A stretch of DNA of 64,000 nt from Candidatus Niyogibacteria bacterium CG10_big_fil_rev_8_21_14_0_10_46_36 (GTDB taxonomy: Bacteria; Patescibacteriota; Minisyncoccia; 1-14-0-10-42-19). The DNA lies in assembly GCA_002772995.1 (NCBI GenBank), contig PFCO01000001.1:244-64243 (forward strand), in the 5' to 3' direction. The notes beneath the pieces are model-generated. The model searched no databases. It was not told the DNA's origin and saw only the letters and a program-made list of their open reading frames with translations. How positions within the stretch are numbered: position 1 is the stretch's first letter; every line of letters starts with the position of its first letter. A program made the translations under genes and the position numbers. Positions 19,952 to 29,294 of this stretch are shown one piece after another.

Positions 19952-21049
19952 ATGAAAACATATTCATGGGATAAACCGCTTTTCTTTATTTCGCTCGCGC
20001 TTCTTGTTATCGGAGTGTTTGTTTTTGCGTCAGCGGCAATCGGCCTCATCGGAGGGAACGCGGAATCTCCCATATCGCTTTTCTTCCGCCAGATACTGCT
20101 AGGCGTCGGTGCGGGAAGCATTCTTTTTTTAGTAAGTCTTTTTATTCCTTTCACCTTTTGGCAGAAAACATCTGCTGTTTTTCTTGCCCTTGCGTTCGTA
20201 CTCTTAGCGTTGGTGTTCGTCCCCGGAATAGGGATTATTGCCGGAGGAGCGGCGCGCTGGATAGATGTAGGGCCAATATCGCTTCAGCCTGCCGAACCGT
20301 TCAAATTCGCGTTTATGATGTATCTCGCTGCATGGCTTACGTCGCACAAAAAAGACATCCCAACATTCCGTTCCGGCCTGATTCCGTTCCTCATTATGGC
20401 AGGCATCGTGAGTGTATTTTTTGTCTTGCAACCCGATGTAGGGACGCTATTTGTTATTTTAGGAGCGGCAACTCTTCTCTTCTTTGTGGGAGGAGGGAGA
20501 CTTAAACATATTGCTCTTATGGGTGGCTTAGGCGCTCTGCTTCTTGCGGCTCTTGTCGCTGCTGAACCATATCGCCTTGAGCGCATACAAGTATTCTTAA
20601 ACCCGCAAGAAGACCTGGATGATTCGGGATACCAGCTCCACCAAGCCCTTATCGCTATGGGCTCCGGGGATATATTCGGACGGGGATTCGGACAAAGCGT
20701 ACAAAAATTCCATTACTTGCCCGAGCCGGTGGGGGATGCGGTTTTTGCGGTTGTCGGGGAAGAGTTCGGGTTTATCGGCAGCGTATCGCTCATTGTGTTG
20801 TTCCTGCTTTTTTTATGGAGAAGCGTTTATATTCTTGCGCGGGTGCCTGACCAATTTGCTCGACTGTTTGGCGCGGGAATTGTTATAATGATAGTATTCC
20901 AGTCATTTATCAATATTGCAGCAATAATCGGTATCGTCCCCATGACCGGTATTCCTTTGGTGTTTATCAGCCAAGGGGGGTCATCGCTTGCAATTACTCT
21001 TGCCGGTATTGGCATCCTGCTGCATATCTCAAAATACGCACGAGCATAA
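19952..21049 (+). CDS. ftsW: SEDS peptidoglycan glycosyltransferase FtsW
   Basis: ARWI, QPAE, QPDVGT, GYQL, TGIPLVFISQGGSS; precedes murG. Confidence 0.92.
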   Translation: MKTYSWDKPLFFISLALLVIGVFVFASAAIGLIGGNAESPISLFFRQILLGVGAGSILFLVSLFIPFTFWQKTSAVFLALAFVLLALVFVPGIGIIAGGAARWIDVGPISLQPAEPFKFAFMMYLAAWLTSHKKDIPTFRSGLIPFLIMAGIVSVFFVLQPDVGTLFVILGAATLLFFVGGGRLKHIALMGGLGALLLAALVAAEPYRLERIQVFLNPQEDLDDSGYQLHQALIAMGSGDIFGRGFGQSVQKFHYLPEPVGDAVFAVVGEEFGFIGSVSLIVLFLLFLWRSVYILARVPDQFARLFGAGIVIMIVFQSFINIAAIIGIVPMTGIPLVFISQGGSSLAITLAGIGILLHISKYARA

Positions 21050-21082
21050 TCATTTAATCCTCACCATAATCGCGCGCATCCT

Positions 21083-22210
21083 ATGAAAATACTTTACGCC
21101 GGAGGCGGTACAGGCGGACACTTTTACCCCATCATCGCCGTCAACCGCGCCATCCGGAAAATAGCTGAAGAAAATCAGATTTTAGAAATAAAAACGTCAT
21201 TTCTTTCGACATCTCCGTACGACAAAGATTTGCTTCGCCAAGAAGAAATACAATTTACTTGGATCCCCGCGGGAAAGATGCGACGGTATTTTTCTTTGCT
21301 TAATTTTTTTGATTATTTCAAAATGGGGCTTGGCATTATCAAAGCAATACTCAACATATTCATAGATTTGCCGGATGTGATTTTCGCAAAAGGGGGCTAT
21401 GCAAGTTTTCCTGCGCTCGTTGCCGGACGATTTTTTAAGATTCCTACTATTATCCACGAATCCGACTCCATTCCCGGACGCGTAAGCGTATGGGCGGCAT
21501 CCTTCGCAAAACGGATAGCTATTTCATTCCCTGAAAGCGTGCATTATTTCCCAAAAGAAAAAGTGGCGCTTACCGGACAGCCCATATGGCCGGTTGTCCT
21601 TGGCGGTAACGCGGAAAGCGCGTATGCGACATTCGGACTCCAAAAGGGATTGCCAACACTTCTTGTCATGGGCGGCTCGCAGGGCGCACTAAAAATAAAC
21701 GAAGCCGTTCTTTCCATGCTCCCATTCGCGTTACGCAATTTTCAAATAATCCACCAAACAGGAAGTGCTCATATCAAAGAGGTTACTGACCGCGCCGGCA
21801 TTATTCTTGAAAAAGAGAATTTCAAGGCACGCTATCATCCGGTGGCATATCTTAATGAGGCGCAACTCCGGGATGTATCACAAATAGTCGATGTTGCTGT
21901 ATCACGCGCAGGTGCAGGATCCATTTTTATGCTTGCGTCGTGGGAAACGCCCACAATTTTTATTCCGTTGCCGCACGCAGCACAAGACCATCAGCGTGAA
22001 AATGCGTACGCATACGCGCATTCGGGCGGCGGAACCGTTATGGAAGAAAACAATCTTACGCCGCATTTACTTTTTGAAGAGATTAACCGCCTCATATCTG
22101 ACACAGAGCTCCGGAAGCGCATGAAGGCGGGTGGGCGGAATTTCGCAAAAAAAGATGCAGCCGAACAAATCGCAAAAGAAATTATCAATCTCGCGCTTGA
22201 GCACAGCTGA
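21083..22210 (+). CDS. murG: Lipid II GlcNAc transferase MurG
   Basis: GGGTGGH, KGGY, GGSQGA, SRAG, HQRENA. Confidence 0.96.
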   Translation: MKILYAGGGTGGHFYPIIAVNRAIRKIAEENQILEIKTSFLSTSPYDKDLLRQEEIQFTWIPAGKMRRYFSLLNFFDYFKMGLGIIKAILNIFIDLPDVIFAKGGYASFPALVAGRFFKIPTIIHESDSIPGRVSVWAASFAKRIAISFPESVHYFPKEKVALTGQPIWPVVLGGNAESAYATFGLQKGLPTLLVMGGSQGALKINEAVLSMLPFALRNFQIIHQTGSAHIKEVTDRAGIILEKENFKARYHPVAYLNEAQLRDVSQIVDVAVSRAGAGSIFMLASWETPTIFIPLPHAAQDHQRENAYAYAHSGGGTVMEENNLTPHLLFEEINRLISDTELRKRMKAGGRNFAKKDAAEQIAKEIINLALEHS

Positions 22211-22211
22211 T

Positions 22212-23630
22212 ATGAGTGTACGGGTCCGCATAGCACCAAGCCCCACGGGGCCGCTTCACATCGGTACTGCACGTACGGCGCTTTTTAACTATTTATTTGC
22301 AAAGAATCAAAAAGGGACGTTCGTACTCCGTATTGAAGATACCGACAAGGAACGATCGGAAAAACGCTTTGAAACAGATATCAAAGAGGCGCTTGCCTGG
22401 CTTGGAATATCCTGGGACGAAGAGGCCCTCCAATCGGATCGGCTAACATCACACACCAAGTATTTGGAGCGTTTGCTTTCCGAGCATAAGATATTCTGGT
22501 GTCCGCATACCGAAGAGGAGCTTTCCGTAGAGCGCGAAAAACAAATGCAGGACAAACAGGCTCCGCGCCATGTCTGCGAATTCAGAAATGGCGAGAAAAA
22601 TGCAGACGGAAACGGCATACTTCGTTTTAAGAATGATGCAGATACTGAGCTTACATTTGAAGATATCGTGCGCGGAACGATAACATTTATGCCCGCGCTC
22701 CTGGGAGACTTTTCAATAGCAAAAAAACTTGATGAACCGCTGTATAATTTTGCAGCAGTCGTAGATGATGCAGAAATGAACATAACCCATGTCATCCGCG
22801 GAGAAGACCATATCCCAAATACGCCGAAACAAATTCTCATACAGGAAGCCCTTGGTTTTGTCCGGCCCGCATACGCGCATCTTCCGCTTATCCTTGGGCA
22901 AGATAAATCAAAACTTTCAAAACGGCACGGTGCTACAGCCGTTACGCAGTACAAAAAAGAGGGGTACCTTGCCCCCGCTCTTGTTAATTTTTTAGCGCTT
23001 CTCGGCTGGCGTCCTGAGCAAACGAGACAGGGGAGTAATGAAGACATATTCAGCACAGACGAACTTATTGCGCTCTTTTCCCTCACGGATGTGCAAAAAG
23101 GGGGTGCCGTGTTTGATATTGAAAAACTTAAATGGATAAACGGGATGTATATCCGTGTCACAGATCCAGGGGACCTTTCGCAATTATTATTCCCGTACCT
23201 CAAACAAACTTGGCAAAATATCGCAATTGCCCGTCCTGAGTGGTGGCAAAGCATATCCGCCCTTGAACAAACCCGTCTGGCTACCCTTGAAGAAATAACC
23301 GAACGTGTCGACTATTTTTTTGAAGACCCGATAGCGCGTAAAGAGCTTCTTCTTGAAAAAGGGGGCACTGCGGACGAAACAAGAAATCGTCTGCAAACTG
23401 TTCTTAACGCACTTCAAAATATCCCAAAAGAATCATTCACTCATACCGCCGTTCACAACGCTGTTTTCCCGTATGCCGAAGCTGAGGGGAAAAAGTTTGT
23501 ACTATGGCCATTCCGCGTTGCGCTCACCGGTAAAAGCGCCTCGGCCGGATTATTTGAAGTTGCAGAAATACTTGGGAAAGAACAAACCGAAAAACGCCTG
23601 AAAAACGCTATTGAAACATTGACAGCGTAA
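22212..23630 (+). CDS. gltX: Glutamyl-tRNA synthetase
   Basis: APSPTG, HIGT, RIEDTD, RGEDH, KLSKR. Confidence 0.96.
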   Translation: MSVRVRIAPSPTGPLHIGTARTALFNYLFAKNQKGTFVLRIEDTDKERSEKRFETDIKEALAWLGISWDEEALQSDRLTSHTKYLERLLSEHKIFWCPHTEEELSVEREKQMQDKQAPRHVCEFRNGEKNADGNGILRFKNDADTELTFEDIVRGTITFMPALLGDFSIAKKLDEPLYNFAAVVDDAEMNITHVIRGEDHIPNTPKQILIQEALGFVRPAYAHLPLILGQDKSKLSKRHGATAVTQYKKEGYLAPALVNFLALLGWRPEQTRQGSNEDIFSTDELIALFSLTDVQKGGAVFDIEKLKWINGMYIRVTDPGDLSQLLFPYLKQTWQNIAIARPEWWQSISALEQTRLATLEEITERVDYFFEDPIARKELLLEKGGTADETRNRLQTVLNALQNIPKESFTHTAVHNAVFPYAEAEGKKFVLWPFRVALTGKSASAGLFEVAEILGKEQTEKRLKNAIETLTA

Positions 23631-23637
23631 TATTTTT

Positions 23638-24996
23638 ATGAGAAAACCGTATACGCATTGGGTCATCCGTTTTTGTGTAGGAGTATCGGCAATACTTCTT
23701 TTTTTGCCGTCCGCAATACCAAGCCGCGCGGCAAATGTAGATGAACTGCGAAGCCAACTCCAAGCAAAAGAAAACGCAATTGCAGAACTTGAGGCGGAAA
23801 TACGGCAGTACCAAAAAGATATAGAGGAAACGGGGAAAGAGGCAGATTCTTTCCAGGCAGAAGTAAACCGTCTTACTACGACTATTAAAAAATTACAGGC
23901 GGACATTACCGTTACCAGACGTAAGATAGAATTTACCGGCATTCTTATTGAGGAACTTGATCTCGGTATACAAGAAAAAGAAGAAAAGATACAAAAAGAC
24001 AGAAGACTCCTCGGGGAATTTATCCGCGAATTGAACGATACGTCATCGCAAAGCATGGTTGAAATACTGCTTGCAAACGCAACGCTCTCTGATTTTTTTG
24101 ATTCGCTCCATTATGTAGAGACTCTGCAAAATGTAACCCAGCAACAGTTAGATGAACTCCGCACCATTAAACGCGAACAAGAAGAGGAAAAAGCAGAGCG
24201 GGAAAAGGAAAAAGCAACGCTTAATTCTCTTGCGGGCGAACTACAAGACCGGACCGCTATAGAAAAAAGTGCGCGCGATGACAAGGCGTATCTATTGGAT
24301 ATTACCCGGCAAAAAGAAAGCGAATACCAAAAATTACTGGATGAGCGGCTTGCGAAAAAAGAAGCGCTCGAGCAAGAGATACGAGGCATTGAAGACCAGA
24401 TCCGGGTCGCCATTGATCCAAATTCGCTCCCGCAATCAGGGACCGGTGTTCTTGGTTGGCCATTAGAATATGTCTCTCTGTTGAGCTGCTTTCGCGGCGG
24501 AAATGGCTCTAAAAATTGCATAACACAATTTTTTGGAAACACTGACTTTGCTACCCAAAACCCGCAAGTGTATAACGGCAAGGGACATAACGGCACAGAC
24601 TTTCGTGCTACCACCGGGACGCCTCTGTATGCAGCCGAATCCGGAATAGTGCGCGATGTGGGGGATACCGATCAACAATGCCGCGGAGTGTCGTATGGCA
24701 AATGGGTACTTATTGACCATAACAACGGGTTATCAACCCTATACGCGCACCTATCACAAATATCGATTGCTTCAGGGCAAACGGTTGTCCGCGGACAACG
24801 CATCGGGTACAGCGGCAACACCGGCTATTCTACCGGACCCCATTTGCATTTTACCGTGTTTGCAACGCAGGCGGTTCAAGTTACTTCGCTTAATCCGAAC
24901 GATACATATTACTACAAAAGCAAAATATGCGGAACGCCTCTGCATTTGCCAATATCACCCCAAAACGGCTATCTAAACCCCTTGAGTTACCTCTAG
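23638..24996 (+). CDS. Coiled-coil M23 peptidase (EnvC/CwlO-like murein hydrolase)
   Basis: Signal/TM, long coiled coil, HNGTD, YAHLS, TGPHLHF. Confidence 0.9.
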   Translation: MRKPYTHWVIRFCVGVSAILLFLPSAIPSRAANVDELRSQLQAKENAIAELEAEIRQYQKDIEETGKEADSFQAEVNRLTTTIKKLQADITVTRRKIEFTGILIEELDLGIQEKEEKIQKDRRLLGEFIRELNDTSSQSMVEILLANATLSDFFDSLHYVETLQNVTQQQLDELRTIKREQEEEKAEREKEKATLNSLAGELQDRTAIEKSARDDKAYLLDITRQKESEYQKLLDERLAKKEALEQEIRGIEDQIRVAIDPNSLPQSGTGVLGWPLEYVSLLSCFRGGNGSKNCITQFFGNTDFATQNPQVYNGKGHNGTDFRATTGTPLYAAESGIVRDVGDTDQQCRGVSYGKWVLIDHNNGLSTLYAHLSQISIASGQTVVRGQRIGYSGNTGYSTGPHLHFTVFATQAVQVTSLNPNDTYYYKSKICGTPLHLPISPQNGYLNPLSYL

Positions 24997-25128
24997 GGGG
25001 GGTTATAACCAGCTAACGCCCAAAACACACCACCAACCCCCCCCCGTATTGGTTGTTTATTGATAAGAGCTCGCTCCCATTAGCTCCACGAGTTTACAGG
25101 ACTATATCTTGTGGGGTATAATAAAGAT

Positions 25129-25395
25129 ATGGAGAAGGGTATTATCCAAATTCTTATTATATTCATACTCTTCGTTGTTGTATTGAGCCTTCTTGGTGTG
25201 TCGCTCTCATCTCTCACCCAAAACGAAACGCTCCGCAACAATTTTTCTTTTGTTTGGCATTGGTCCAGTTTTATCTGGGAGAATTATCTTAAAGCACCTA
25301 CAACCGCCGTGTGGAACTTCTTCGTAGAGTTTATATTCACGCCGATAAAGGAACAGATAAAAGAACACCCGGTCACCGAACCTTCCCAGTCATAA
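25129..25395 (+). CDS. Hypothetical membrane protein
   Basis: TATAAT 6 nt before ATG; N-terminal TM. Confidence 0.7.
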   Translation: MEKGIIQILIIFILFVVVLSLLGVSLSSLTQNETLRNNFSFVWHWSSFIWENYLKAPTTAVWNFFVEFIFTPIKEQIKEHPVTEPSQS

Positions 25396-25418
25396 GTAAA
25401 TACTCGCCATTCTGATAA

Positions 25419-25447
25419 TTGACAAATAGCATATTTTATGCTACTAT
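25419..25447 (+). promoter_or_regulatory. Sigma70 promoter overlapped by a palindrome
   Basis: TTGACA-N17-TACTAT; tagcata-ttt-tatgcta at 25427-25443. Confidence 0.65.
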
Positions 25448-25491
25448 TTTTCTATTCCAGAACATTAAAAAGAGGGGAAAGGAGAAGACGT

Positions 25492-25718
25492 ATGAACGCT
25501 ATAGCTGGTTTTTTTCTTTTAATGATTGCTGCTCCAAAGAACCGATCCAAGATACTCTCTGCGGGTGTACGGATAAGCTGTACAGAACACTGCAAACCGA
25601 AATGCCTAATATCGCAAACGTGATATTTCCACAGGTTGGAAGAGCTCTCAAGAAAAATAAACAATGACAACCACTGAACAAACCGATATGAATCTTGTTA
25701 AGGACGGCACGCCATTAA
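25492..25718 (+). pseudogene. Disrupted small gene (frameshift plus two TGA)
   Basis: AAGGAG SD and ATG 25492; the alternative frame continues through TGA 25665 and 25689 to TAA 25716 at a terminator. Confidence 0.4.
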
Positions 25719-25753
25719 ACAGATCAGATACAATGTATCTGATCTGTTTTTTA
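25717..25753 (+). terminator. 16-bp perfect inverted repeat plus U tract
   Basis: aaacagatcagataca-a-tgtatctgatctgtttttt. Confidence 0.75.
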
Positions 25754-25891
25754 TTCCAATTTGATACGAGGGAAGCGGTCTCATCATAGGCCTCACACTA
25801 TATATGTCGCAAAAGGTATATTGTGCGACATTGTATATCTCTAGAACCGCCATTTCCCCTAACGGAGACGGGCATTTATAATGGATATTAT

Positions 25892-26068
25892 ATGGTGCCT
25901 CAAATATTTAAATGGATAGTGATTCTTGTGCTTGTGTATGCGGCGGTGTATACATCTATGTGTTTTTCTTTACCGCGCATCTTTGATGTAGATTTTCAAT
26001 TGTGGGGCTTTATACCCGGAACTGACCCCATGCTCTGTAAGACGCCTCAGCCTCCGGTATCACCATAA
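25892..26068 (+). CDS. Small hypothetical membrane protein (58 aa)
   Basis: TATAAT upstream; single TM. Confidence 0.55.
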   Translation: MVPQIFKWIVILVLVYAAVYTSMCFSLPRIFDVDFQLWGFIPGTDPMLCKTPQPPVSP

Positions 26069-26074
26069 AAGCCT

Positions 26075-27262
26075 ATGCGTATCTCCTATTCAGCACTGGA
26101 ATTATTTGAACGCTGCCCGCATGTATTTAAATGCGTTGTGCTTGATAAAGTACGCCTCCCAAAAACTAAGGAGGCATTTTTGGGTACTACGGTGCACGAG
26201 GCTCTTAATTTTTTATTCACAAAAAACCCCCTCTTCCCTACTGTAGACGAGGTTGTTAGCTTTTTTAATAAAAAGTGGGAAGAACGCATAGAAAAAATAT
26301 CATTCAAAGACGATTACGAAAAAAGTGCGCTTCATAAGAACGGCACAGACATGCTCACGCGTTTTTACAAAAAACATCCTGCATGGAACTTTACGACCCT
26401 TGGTCTCGAAACCCGGTTTGAGGCTCCCCTTCAGGATCCTGAAACCGGCGAGACGCATACGCTTTCGGGCATCATCGACCGCGTAGACAAAATAGATGAC
26501 AATACATACGAAATAATTGACTACAAAACCGCGCGCAGAATGCCCGCGCAAGACCACGCCGATAAAAACTTGCAGCTTGCGATATATCACCTGGGAGTGC
26601 TTTCCCGCTGGCCGCACCTTGCGGGTAAAAAAATAAAACTCACATTGCAATACCTCCAGCACGGCGAGCATCTTACAACCGCGCGTACCGCCGAGGAACT
26701 CAAGGCAACCAAGCAAAAAATACTAGCAACAATACGCGAGATACAAGACCGCCAAAAACGCGACGATTTTCCTGCGCAGTCCTCTCCTCTCTGCGCTATG
26801 CACCCATACAATAAAATATGCCCCATGTGGAGCTATTTGTACGCAAAAAAAGACACACCCCACAATCTGGACGATACTGCCGCCCAGAACACACTCAAAG
26901 AGTACATCGCCCTAAAGACCGCGGCCCAAGAGACCACCGCCCGCATCAAAGAGCTTCAAGCGGTTCTTTTGGGATACATGAGAGATAAAAAATTTGAACG
27001 CTTATTCACCGATGAGGGCTATGTTACGCGCACTATCCGCGAACAAGATATTTACGATATTGAGAAAGCGCGTCCTGCGCTTGAAGCAATTAACAAATGG
27101 GGGGAGGTGCTTGCTGCGGACCACAAGAAACTCGAGAAATTAATACCCCTACTCCCCTCCCAAACAAAAAAACGCCTCACAGACGAAGCGCTTTTGCGTA
27201 AACGCACAACGGAATCTCTTTTGATGCGAAAGAAAAAAATTATGCCCGAAGACCTTGAATAA
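26075..27262 (+). CDS. PD-(D/E)XK nuclease, RecB/AddB/Cas4-like, with C-terminal helical extension
   Basis: SYSALELFERCP, GTTVH, GIIDRVD, IIDYKT, QLAIY. Confidence 0.9.
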   Translation: MRISYSALELFERCPHVFKCVVLDKVRLPKTKEAFLGTTVHEALNFLFTKNPLFPTVDEVVSFFNKKWEERIEKISFKDDYEKSALHKNGTDMLTRFYKKHPAWNFTTLGLETRFEAPLQDPETGETHTLSGIIDRVDKIDDNTYEIIDYKTARRMPAQDHADKNLQLAIYHLGVLSRWPHLAGKKIKLTLQYLQHGEHLTTARTAEELKATKQKILATIREIQDRQKRDDFPAQSSPLCAMHPYNKICPMWSYLYAKKDTPHNLDDTAAQNTLKEYIALKTAAQETTARIKELQAVLLGYMRDKKFERLFTDEGYVTRTIREQDIYDIEKARPALEAINKWGEVLAADHKKLEKLIPLLPSQTKKRLTDEALLRKRTTESLLMRKKKIMPEDLE

Positions 27263-27314
27263 GTCGTATCCTCCTGATATTCTTTCCATAAACGAACATT
27301 ACCAAGGAAAACCT

Positions 27315-27965
27315 ATGAGCGTGCATGCAGTCATATTTGATATGGACGGCGTTATTTCAGACACTCAAAGTGTCTGTGCGGCAATAGAATCAGACATGTT
27401 GCAAGAACACGGGATTCATATCTCCCCCAGCGAGCTTACGGAACAATACGCAGGCACTATGAGTTACGACATGTTCCCTGCCGTATTCAAACAATTCAAT
27501 AAAACAATGCCGGACATCAAACCGCTTGCGGAAGAACGGTGGAAAAGAATATTCAAAGCAGTTCAGGGAAATATCAAAGCAATTCCCGGCACGATTGCAT
27601 GCATTAAACATCTCAAAAAAGATGCTACGCCCATTGCTGTTGCGAGCGCTTCACGTATGGATTTTATCGCACTCGTACTTACAGAATTATGCATCTTGTC
27701 TGACTTTGACGCAATTGCAAGCGCTCAAGAGGTCCCAAACGGGAAGCCGGAACCGGATGTGTTTTTGCTTGCCGCAAAACGTCTTGGGATACATCCCAGA
27801 TATTGCATTGTAATAGAAGATGGCATACAAGGCATGATCGCGGCAAAAAAAGCAGGCATGAGATGTATCGGTCTTGTGCAGAGTGATATTTTAGATAAGA
27901 ATAAATACCCCGCAGACATTCTGGTGAGAAGTTTGGCACATATTGATTTAAAAAACATAAAATAA
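27315..27965 (+). CDS. HAD family phosphatase (beta-PGM/CbbY-like)
   Basis: FDMDGV, KPEPDVF, IEDG. Confidence 0.92.
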   Translation: MSVHAVIFDMDGVISDTQSVCAAIESDMLQEHGIHISPSELTEQYAGTMSYDMFPAVFKQFNKTMPDIKPLAEERWKRIFKAVQGNIKAIPGTIACIKHLKKDATPIAVASASRMDFIALVLTELCILSDFDAIASAQEVPNGKPEPDVFLLAAKRLGIHPRYCIVIEDGIQGMIAAKKAGMRCIGLVQSDILDKNKYPADILVRSLAHIDLKNIK

Positions 27966-27990
27966 AAGCGTACCCGAAGATACGCTTTTT
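27965..27990. terminator. Bidirectional terminator
   Basis: aaaagcgta-cccgaaga-tacgctttt between convergent genes. Confidence 0.7.
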
Positions 27991-28058
27991 ATTTTTTGTT
28001 ATGTCGAACCTCTTGTTACCTGACAAATTATAAGAATGCTGCTTGTGCCTGCTTTGTT

Positions 28059-28487
28059 TTACGTTTCTATTTTTCTCCCATCCCGCGGGAAGTACGGTTT
28101 TTTTTGAAACTGCTGCTGTTCTTGCTCCGAGTCTAATGTTTGTTTCATCATTTGGATGAGCTGCAAAGAAAAATGACGCAAACCATACGCAAGCGCACGA
28201 GACGCTTTTTGGAATAACTTATTATTTCTTACACCATAAAGGCCAAGTGTTTCTTCCGTTGCTTGCACCGATAGCTCTACGAGCGCCTCACCGATGCTTT
28301 TTACCTGGGCATTTTCTTTCTTTACTGTATACGCAATATCAAGCGTTTCTCCGGAGAAGACATGCTCATATCCCTCGCCTTTTTTATACGTTATTTTTTC
28401 TGTCCGCATACCCGCATAAAACCCGCTCGCAAAAAGAACCGCAACGAGCAATAGCACAAACAGTGAGTGCTTTTTCCTTATATTCAC
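28059..28487 (-). CDS. Hypothetical membrane-anchored protein
   Basis: TTGACT-N17-TATAAT promoter (28546-28518), AAGGAGG upstream, N-terminal TM. Confidence 0.7.
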   Translation of the reverse strand: MNIRKKHSLFVLLLVAVLFASGFYAGMRTEKITYKKGEGYEHVFSGETLDIAYTVKKENAQVKSIGEALVELSVQATEETLGLYGVRNNKLFQKASRALAYGLRHFSLQLIQMMKQTLDSEQEQQQFQKKPYFPRDGRKIET

Positions 28488-28549
28488 CTCTCAAACACCT
28501 CCTTTAATTTGATTAAAATTATAATATATATTTTAAATACAGTCAATAT

Positions 28550-28954
28550 CTATATCCCCTCACAGTTCTTTGCCGCCCTATACCCCAAACTCTCCGCTTC
28601 TTCCTTTGATGAAAATAGGATTTTATTTTCTTCTGCTATACGGAGCGCTCCTGAGCATCCCGGTAAATGGTACACGCTTCCGTTCTTTGAGCCCACATAC
28701 ATGCCGTTTTCTACGCTCTCCCCCGCCGCGCTGCCTAAAATCCCCAACGAAGCGCCTTCCTCCTCAACACGAACTGAAAACGCGCTATGCTCGCCTAAAA
28801 TGACTGAAAAACGCCCCAATCCAAAGCCAATAACGGCTATAAGAAAAAAGCTCCCAGCAAGAAAAAGATCGCTTGCGTTGTCCCGTATCCATCCCTGCCC
28901 GCCGAAGCCTTGGCGAATGGGGGTCTTGATATCCTTATCATTTTCGGGTATCAT
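28550..28954 (-). CDS. Membrane protein with Ada metal-binding-like C-terminal domain
   Basis: YVGSKNGSVYHLPGC...AESLGYRAAKNC. Confidence 0.75.
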   Translation of the reverse strand: MIPENDKDIKTPIRQGFGGQGWIRDNASDLFLAGSFFLIAVIGFGLGRFSVILGEHSAFSVRVEEEGASLGILGSAAGESVENGMYVGSKNGSVYHLPGCSGALRIAEENKILFSSKEEAESLGYRAAKNCEGI

Positions 28955-28992
28955 AAGAACTATTCTAGTAAATAGCCTCACAATAAACAACT

Positions 28993-29265
28993 ATGGCACA
29001 TACCAAAGCCCAGGGTTCAACAAAGAACCTACGGGACTCAAAACCAAAATATTTAGGGATAAAATTATCTGACGGCGCGAAAGCGCAGGCAGGTTCTATT
29101 ATCGTTCGCCAGCGCGGAACAAGGTATACTCCGGGTAAAAATGTGGGCATCGGCAAAGACCACACGATATTCGCACTCAAAGACGGAACCGTGGCATTCA
29201 AAGAAAAAAGAAAGACTGGCTTTAACGGAAAAACAAAAAAAGTAAAAGTTGTCTCCGTCGCATAA
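28993..29265 (+). CDS. rpmA: 50S ribosomal protein bL27
   Basis: [18 protein letters not shown]. Confidence 0.97.
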   Translation: MAHTKAQGSTKNLRDSKPKYLGIKLSDGAKAQAGSIIVRQRGTRYTPGKNVGIGKDHTIFALKDGTVAFKEKRKTGFNGKTKKVKVVSVA

Positions 29266-29266
29266 T

Positions 29267-29294
29267 AAAATCCCTGGACTTGTCCAGGGATTTT
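29267..29294. terminator. Bidirectional terminator rpmA/pyrG
   Basis: aaaatccctggac-tt-gtccagggatttt. Confidence 0.8.
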
